NCBI GenBank assembly: GCA_011524675.1
Contig: WTJX01000555.1
Coordinates: forward strand, 3,034-51,859
DNA: 48,826 nt
From: Cytophagales bacterium
GTDB taxonomy: Bacteria > Bacteroidota > Bacteroidia > Cytophagales > JAAEPT01
Reading direction: 5' to 3'
Positions 44,107 to 48,826 of the stretch are shown piece by piece. A program made the translations under genes and the position numbers. The stretch's first letter is position 1; every line of letters begins with the position of its first letter. The notes beneath the pieces are model-generated. The model made no database searches, was not told the origin of the DNA, and saw only the letters and a program-made list of their open reading frames with translations.

Positions 44107-46523
44107 TATATTAGTGATGTTTGTTTGTTTATTTCGTCCTCTCTTTTTAATCTTATCCATCTACCACTTGCATCTCTGCCTTTGTCTGGTAGTGCATTAG
44201 TTTTAAATACTGCGTAAGCTGTAAGCCATTTATTAAATCTAACTTGTGATATACTTAGTCTTGACTTAGGCCCATAGTCTGGATAGTCTGTAATAAAATC
44301 TAAATACAAACTGTTCGTGTGTATCCTGGCATCTACTGGTATAGTTCTACTTGCATCAGTTCCAGATATAAGTCCAAGCCATTCGATAAAGTCATAAGAG
44401 CTTTCCGCTGAAAGCTGTCTGACTTTTAGGTTTACAAATTTACTTTTGACAAGTCCAGTATCTAAATATCCTTGCATACATTTAACCATGTAGTTGTCAA
44501 ACTGACACCAGTCTTCATCGTTCCAATCCCCAAACATTAGTTTACCAAATTCGTCAAGAGGAGTGAAGTTTTTGTTGTAGTGTTGATGCAGTTCAAGTTC
44601 CCACTTACGTCTCGCAAATGAGTTGCCAGCACCTTTGATTGCATAGTTTGTTGTTATAGATATCTTAGGTGATTTGCTAAACGGAATTTTTATAGCATCT
44701 TTATTTTTCTTTTCCAATGTCAATCCTTCCGTCACAACTGAAAATAATCTTTCAAAATCAAAATGTTTTTTTACATCATCGAACACAAGTATTTGAGTGT
44801 CTGCTGACACAAGCTGGTATGCAAACGACCTTTCAAAAGCAAACGCTTTGCCGTCAATGGTGACAACTTTTTTCATTTGTTGAAGCGCGTTCATAAACAA
44901 TCCTTTACCAGTTCCCCCCTCAGGGTTGTCTGAAATTACTTCATCATTTAAAATTACAGCTGGACAATAAGATAAGTTTTTGTATCCGTGCATAAGAAAT
45001 CCTATTGTGCTTTCCATTGAAGCTACTCTGTCGTCTTCATTACCACAGATGTTAGATACAAAAGTTTTGTAATCACACTTTTCAATTTCACATTTGTTAA
45101 AGTTCCTATCTATTACGTGGTCTTTCCAAACAAATCCATTGAGGTCTATATAATCAATTACCTCAACGTCTTTCTTAGTTATCTTGATAGCGCAATTTTT
45201 GTAGTACAAGTATGAAGTTGTTTTGTTGTCCTCTACAAAATATATATCTATGGTTGATAGTAAAGTCAAGAAGTCTTCTCTAAAGTATCTGACTTGGTCT
45301 GCAAAATGATTGTAAATTGAAATGTCGTCTAAGTCTATTAAGTTATTTAGAACAAAATCTTTTATAGACTTCTCGTCTGTGTGGTCTACTAAGTTATTAG
45401 TTACCTTCACAAACACGTAGTTCTTACTTCCCTCTGGGCAATACTTGTAAAAGCCATTGTCCTCCAGGAATTGTTTGAATAGTATATGTACAATTTTAAT
45501 TACGCCTTTGTCTGACTTAGTCCAAAATTGTTTCTGCTGGTTTTCCTCCTCCACTCTGTTCAGTACACTATCCACTACATTACTTTCAATGTCGCTCTCT
45601 ACGAGTTGTTCCCTTACTTCTTTCCTTGAAGCTCCTCGTCTGAGTTTTACACGTATGTTGTTTATCCTTTCCTCATCTTCATAATACTTAGTTCCAAAGT
45701 TTTGAGTCTGAGCGTAAGCGCTGTCTATCGTTTGGTTTATTTCCCTTTCCGTAAAGTCACTTGTCCGATAGTTCTGTAATACGTATCCTGCTAAAGATTT
45801 GTTTACACCAAAATCATTGAAGGCTGAGGCAAGAACATAGCAGTTGTTGTTTCGTTGTCCTTCCGTCATTGGATATTTTTTTGTCCACCACTTTACCAGT
45901 ATCTCTACAATTTTATTTTCGTCTGTAATAGGAATGGTTGGCTGGTCTAACTTTGCTCTTACTTCTGTGTATTCTTTTTCTTTAATCTCTTCCCAAACAC
46001 TGGAGTTCTCATTTACATAAATAAGAGGGTCGTAACTTTCGTAACATACCCTTGATAAATTTTTACACGTTGTATCAAAGTGCGGATTGTTAAAGTATAT
46101 TTCAAGTGAGTTAAAGTAGTTTACATGGTTGTCTATGTCTTGGGGAATTTTCACAAGAACCTTTAACCCTTTGCCTGATGGAGAAATAAATACAGAGTAT
46201 ACAAAGTTATTCTTTGTTAGCTTTTCTTTGTCATTAAGTAAAGACTTGTTGTTCTCGTATCCGTCAAAGTCCAAACATATCAAGCCTGAATGTTCTATAA
46301 TGCTGTTATCGTTTCTCTTATTAAACTTTCCTGAGAAACATATAGCTGGCAGATTTTTCTTTAGTTCATTACGCTGTGATTTGTTTTGCTCTACTCTAAT
46401 TTTTTTTACGAGCTCTTTGGTTGCTCCTGATTTTATCCTATCTAATATGAAGTCTACATCACGATAGAATGGAGTTGAAGTCTCCTTGATGTTTTGAAAG
46501 ATTGTTATTTTACTTGCTGTCAT
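44106..46523 (-). CDS. DNA primase / SF3 helicase fusion (VirE_N/BT4734-like N-domain, PriCT-like, P-loop NTPase)
   Basis: N-terminal 'LPAICFSGKF..R.....HSGLICLDFD...SPSGKGLKVLVKIP', PriCT-like 'GQRNNNCYVLASAF', Walker A 'PEGGTGKGLF', Walker B 'ILVFDDV'. Confidence 0.8.
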   Translation of the reverse strand: MTASKITIFQNIKETSTPFYRDVDFILDRIKSGATKELVKKIRVEQNKSQRNELKKNLPAICFSGKFNKRNDNSIIEHSGLICLDFDGYENNKSLLNDKEKLTKNNFVYSVFISPSGKGLKVLVKIPQDIDNHVNYFNSLEIYFNNPHFDTTCKNLSRVCYESYDPLIYVNENSSVWEEIKEKEYTEVRAKLDQPTIPITDENKIVEILVKWWTKKYPMTEGQRNNNCYVLASAFNDFGVNKSLAGYVLQNYRTSDFTEREINQTIDSAYAQTQNFGTKYYEDEERINNIRVKLRRGASRKEVREQLVESDIESNVVDSVLNRVEEENQQKQFWTKSDKGVIKIVHILFKQFLEDNGFYKYCPEGSKNYVFVKVTNNLVDHTDEKSIKDFVLNNLIDLDDISIYNHFADQVRYFREDFLTLLSTIDIYFVEDNKTTSYLYYKNCAIKITKKDVEVIDYIDLNGFVWKDHVIDRNFNKCEIEKCDYKTFVSNICGNEDDRVASMESTIGFLMHGYKNLSYCPAVILNDEVISDNPEGGTGKGLFMNALQQMKKVVTIDGKAFAFERSFAYQLVSADTQILVFDDVKKHFDFERLFSVVTEGLTLEKKNKDAIKIPFSKSPKISITTNYAIKGAGNSFARRKWELELHQHYNKNFTPLDEFGKLMFGDWNDEDWCQFDNYMVKCMQGYLDTGLVKSKFVNLKVRQLSAESSYDFIEWLGLISGTDASRTIPVDARIHTNSLYLDFITDYPDYGPKSRLSISQVRFNKWLTAYAVFKTNALPDKGRDASGRWIRLKREDEINKQTSLI

Positions 46524-46539
46524 GCTTGATTTAATTTAA

Positions 46540-46572
46540 TTGTGTCGAGTTTGTGTCGAGTTTGTGTCGTCT
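46540..46572. repeat. three tandem 11-bp iterons (TTGTGTCGAGT x2, TTGTGTCGTCT)
   Basis: Read directly at 46540-46550, 46551-46561 and 46562-46572, 17 nt upstream of the primase-helicase start codon. An inverted core copy CGACACAA lies at 46684-46691, beyond an AT-rich tract. Confidence 0.8.
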
Positions 46573-46697
46573 AACTTGCTGATTATCAGACTAAGTGTTA
46601 GAAATGTTATCTTTTTTAGTCTCGTATGTAAAAAAAATAATATATAAAATAAATAATAATAATTCTAATACGCAAAGAAAAGGCGACACAACAACAT

Positions 46698-46730
46698 AAA
46701 AAAAAGGGAGTGTCTTTGAAGACACCCCCC
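46698..46730 (-). terminator. rho-independent terminator (minus strand) ending the recombination operon
   Basis: Minus-strand RNA reads GGGGGGTGTCTTCAAAGACACTCCC followed by U8 (A8 at 46698-46705 on the plus strand), 19 nt past the 46749 gene end. Confidence 0.75.
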
Positions 46731-46748
46731 TAATACATAGTGTCTACT

Positions 46749-47048
46749 TTAGAAAGGTAAGTCTACTTCCTCTGTGGGAGCAGCCGCTCTTTCTGTTGTA
46801 GTCTTAGAGTTGTTGTTGTTTCCATTTGGTGTCCACTCATCTAATATCATGAATGGATTGCCAGCTTGTGAAACTTTTACTTGAATGTTTACCCATCCGT
46901 TCTTGTGGTTGTTTTTCAAGAACGTAATAGCATCGTCTACTTTGACAGAGATATTTCCCTTTACAAAGTCAGGTGCATTTGGATGGGGGTTTCTAAACTT
47001 AAAGCCATCCGCCCATACTGGGTCTTTAGTGTTTTGATTATTACTCAT
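46749..47048 (-). CDS. single-stranded DNA-binding protein (small, with an acidic C-terminal ...EEVDLPF tip)
   Basis: 99 aa. An Asn/Thr-rich linker is followed by a terminal 'PTEEVDLPF', resembling the bacterial SSB 'DDDIPF' protein-interaction tip. Sits in the recombination module. Confidence 0.55.
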   Translation of the reverse strand: MSNNQNTKDPVWADGFKFRNPHPNAPDFVKGNISVKVDDAITFLKNNHKNGWVNIQVKVSQAGNPFMILDEWTPNGNNNNSKTTTERAAAPTEEVDLPF

Positions 47049-47196
47049 ACTTAATTATTAAAGTTTGTTCCAAAAGTGTTATCGTTTCTCTAATTGCCTT
47101 TCGCTTTTTAGAAGGACTAACATAGCTCTTCGGAACTTGAAGCCATATAGTGTCCTTGTTAGTTGTACTTTTAGGTGTGAGTTTTGTTAATAGCAT
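47041..47196 (-). CDS. small basic ORF (51 aa)
   Basis: The track ORF 47041..47253 overlaps the exonuclease gene. The in-frame ATG at 47196 lies 1 nt after the exonuclease stop. Its stop overlaps the SSB start (ATGAGTAA). Confidence 0.4.
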   Translation of the reverse strand: MLLTKLTPKSTTNKDTIWLQVPKSYVSPSKKRKAIRETITLLEQTLIIKYE

Positions 47197-47197
47197 T

Positions 47198-47926
47198 TTA
47201 AACTTCCTCATAAAAATAGTATTGGTTAATATCGCTTGTAGGGTTTTTGCCAAAGAACTTATGATATTGTTCCACAGCTCGTTCCACTTTATCTCTCCCT
47301 TTGCTTAATGTTTCATCGCTAACTGGATACATTCCAGGCATCTTGCTTTGTTTGTCTATAACGATAAATGTCAAAGGTTTACCGAACAGCTCGCTATATA
47401 TGTAAGCTTGGCTGTCGTAGTTGTAACGGCTAACTTTCCATTTGAAGTCAGCAATGTCACGACTTGTCTTTAAATCAATGATGTGATTACTTCCTAATAT
47501 ATCTGCTTTACCTTTCCAGTCTAAGCCGAATAGTTTGCCAACAGCTGGCACTTCGTACTCTACGTCTTGCTCGTTAATTAACGAGGCAAAGTCTTTTATA
47601 CTAAGTAACCTATCTGCTAAGATTTCCATTTGAATTTTCTCATGAGTGAGTAACACAACATCTAAGTTATGCTCTGCTTTGAACTCATCGTAAGCTTTCC
47701 CTCGCCTGACTTTTACGTCAAGGTGAGGTACTTGCTTAGCTTTTTCAGGTTCTAAAATATATTGATGAAAGTATCTACCTAACATGAAGTCTTTGTTATC
47801 TTCACGCTTTACCCCAAAGTTGAGTGGGTCATACAATAAGTTTCCAATGTCTGAATTAGATAAATAATCTTTACCTACACCATTGTAATACTCGTTGTCG
47901 TCTCGTAGTTGTTCGATGATGTCCAT
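47198..47926 (-). CDS. PD-(D/E)xK exonuclease (RecE / exodeoxyribonuclease VIII-like domain)
   Basis: 'GRYFHQYILEP', 'WKGKADIL..NHIIDLKTS' (D...DxK) and 'YDSQAYIY'. Adjacent to a Sak-type annealing protein. Confidence 0.7.
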   Translation of the reverse strand: MDIIEQLRDDNEYYNGVGKDYLSNSDIGNLLYDPLNFGVKREDNKDFMLGRYFHQYILEPEKAKQVPHLDVKVRRGKAYDEFKAEHNLDVVLLTHEKIQMEILADRLLSIKDFASLINEQDVEYEVPAVGKLFGLDWKGKADILGSNHIIDLKTSRDIADFKWKVSRYNYDSQAYIYSELFGKPLTFIVIDKQSKMPGMYPVSDETLSKGRDKVERAVEQYHKFFGKNPTSDINQYYFYEEV

Positions 47927-47927
47927 A

Positions 47928-48536
47928 TTATATAGCTTTTGCTATTTCTTTTTTAACAGCTGGCTTCATGGTATATTTTTTACTAAGCTCTGCGCCTATT
48001 GTTTTAAGACCTTTGTCTTTGTTGGCTACAACATATCTTAAAACCTTATCCCAGTTGTCATCGCCTATGTTAAGCTCAATAGTTTGAATTGTTTTCGCTA
48101 CTGGCTTTTTTGGTGCTGGCTTTTCAGCTCCTTCAGGCAAGTCTTCCCCTGCGTAAATATACAAACCTAATCCATGTCTTGCGATTGCCTTAGTAAGACT
48201 ACGTTGAATTGAAGTGTTTACTGCAAACGAAGTGATGTCTGCAAGCGCGATAGACTTGTTGTAGTTATTCATTACTGGCAGATACTCGATGTGTTCCATC
48301 TCGTTTATAGTTACTCCAGTTTTAACCCACGCTGTAATTCCATCATGGTGGTAGTTAAGTCCGTCTGCGTTCTCATAAATTGTGTATGTAGCATTTGGGT
48401 ATAGTTTCTTTACTTCTGCCCACGCCCATGCCCATGATAAGTATGTTAGTCTGCGGTTGCCAGCTTTGATGTGCTCAACCTTGTCGTTTACATTGATAGA
48501 GTTCAATGTTTCAAAAACTGATTTAGTATTACTCAT
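47928..48536 (-). CDS. Sak / DUF1071-type (Rad52-like) single-strand annealing protein
   Basis: 'RRLTYLSWAWAWAEVKKLYP', 'YLPVMNNYNKS' and 'RHGLGLYIYAGEDLPE' are the hallmark blocks of this family. Confidence 0.8.
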   Translation of the reverse strand: MSNTKSVFETLNSINVNDKVEHIKAGNRRLTYLSWAWAWAEVKKLYPNATYTIYENADGLNYHHDGITAWVKTGVTINEMEHIEYLPVMNNYNKSIALADITSFAVNTSIQRSLTKAIARHGLGLYIYAGEDLPEGAEKPAPKKPVAKTIQTIELNIGDDNWDKVLRYVVANKDKGLKTIGAELSKKYTMKPAVKKEIAKAI

Positions 48537-48826
48537 AACTTTCTGATTTTAATTTATTATTTATATAATTATACTTTCCCATTATCCTTTCTCGATTCGA
48601 TTTTAGATACTGGATTTGTTTTGGATTTTGTTTGCTGTTCATCTCATCACGTATTCTTTCCTCAATCTTGTCGAGTTTTTTCTTATACGTTTTAAGACAC
48701 AGCTTGTATACTCCTATGCGCCAACCCTCTGATAAAAATACATACTCATCTTCTCCGTCAATATCTTTATAGTAGTCTCCGCCTAAAGATGTGTTTTGAA
48801 TAACGACAATGTCGCTCTCATCATCC
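48529..48826 (-). CDS. 5'-truncated ORF running off the window edge, unknown function
   Basis: Hand-translated open frame: DDESDIVVIQNTSLGGDYYKDIDGEDEYVFLSEGWRIGVYKLCLKTYKKKLDKIEERIRDEMNSKQNPKQIQYLKSNRERIMGKYNYINNKLKSESYE*. Its stop overlaps the Sak start (ATGAGTAA). Absent from the track because no start codon lies within the window. Confidence 0.5.
   Translation of the reverse strand, partial: DDESDIVVIQNTSLGGDYYKDIDGEDEYVFLSEGWRIGVYKLCLKTYKKKLDKIEERIRDEMNSKQNPKQIQYLKSNRERIMGKYNYINNKLKSESYE

Noticed and set aside
40333-46467. Plus-strand ORFs inside the minus arm (40333..40608, 40651..40884, 41001..41294, 43117..43338, 43389..43676, 44003..44200, 45457..45684, 46129..46467).
   Set aside because: Each lies antisense to a longer ORF with clear motifs (phosphoesterase, SNF2, primase-helicase). 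Their Ser/Leu/Phe-rich composition is typical of antisense frames.
46540-46572. Short tandem repeats that might be a mini CRISPR array.
   Set aside because: The units are 11 bp and directly abutting, with no spacers, and no cas genes are present. They are iterons or operators, not CRISPR.

Overview
The window looks like most or all of the genome of a virulent tailed dsDNA phage. The host is probably a Bacteroidota (flavobacterial-type) bacterium: the sequence is AT-rich, start codons have A/T-rich leaders without Shine-Dalgarno sequences, and TAnnTTTG -7 promoter boxes recur. About 50 tightly packed genes form two opposed arms.

Plus arm (1-39785):
- a run of very small basic, Cys- or His-containing proteins
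- a lysis cassette with a T7-lysozyme-type amidase and a holin-like protein
- a ~5-kb tail-fibre gene
- large terminase, portal, scaffold and major capsid protein
- several large virion or tail proteins
- three internal-virion-type proteins, the last a 2688-aa giant with a HEMGH zincin motif

This gene order resembles T7-like podoviruses, but I recognise no RNA or DNA polymerase.

Minus arm (39782-48826):
- a recombination module: Sak/DUF1071 annealing protein, RecE-like PD-(D/E)xK exonuclease, and an SSB with a DLPF tail
- a replication module: VirE_N/PriCT primase fused to an SF3 helicase, SNF2 helicase, VRR-NUC nuclease, a DnaA-domain-IV-like HTH protein, and a metallophosphoesterase

I recognised no integrase, repressor, tRNA, CRISPR array or mobile element.

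Most notable observations:
1. A base-perfect 521-bp tandem duplication (8376-9417) frameshifts and splits the tail-fibre gene.
2. The only sizeable intergenic region of the minus arm (46524-46748) combines a terminator, an AT-rich tract and three 11-bp tandem iterons plus an inverted copy. It is a candidate origin or operator.
3. A repeated late-promoter cassette partitions the plus arm into transcription units.

All functional calls rest on motif recognition by eye and on gene order. No database search was possible.
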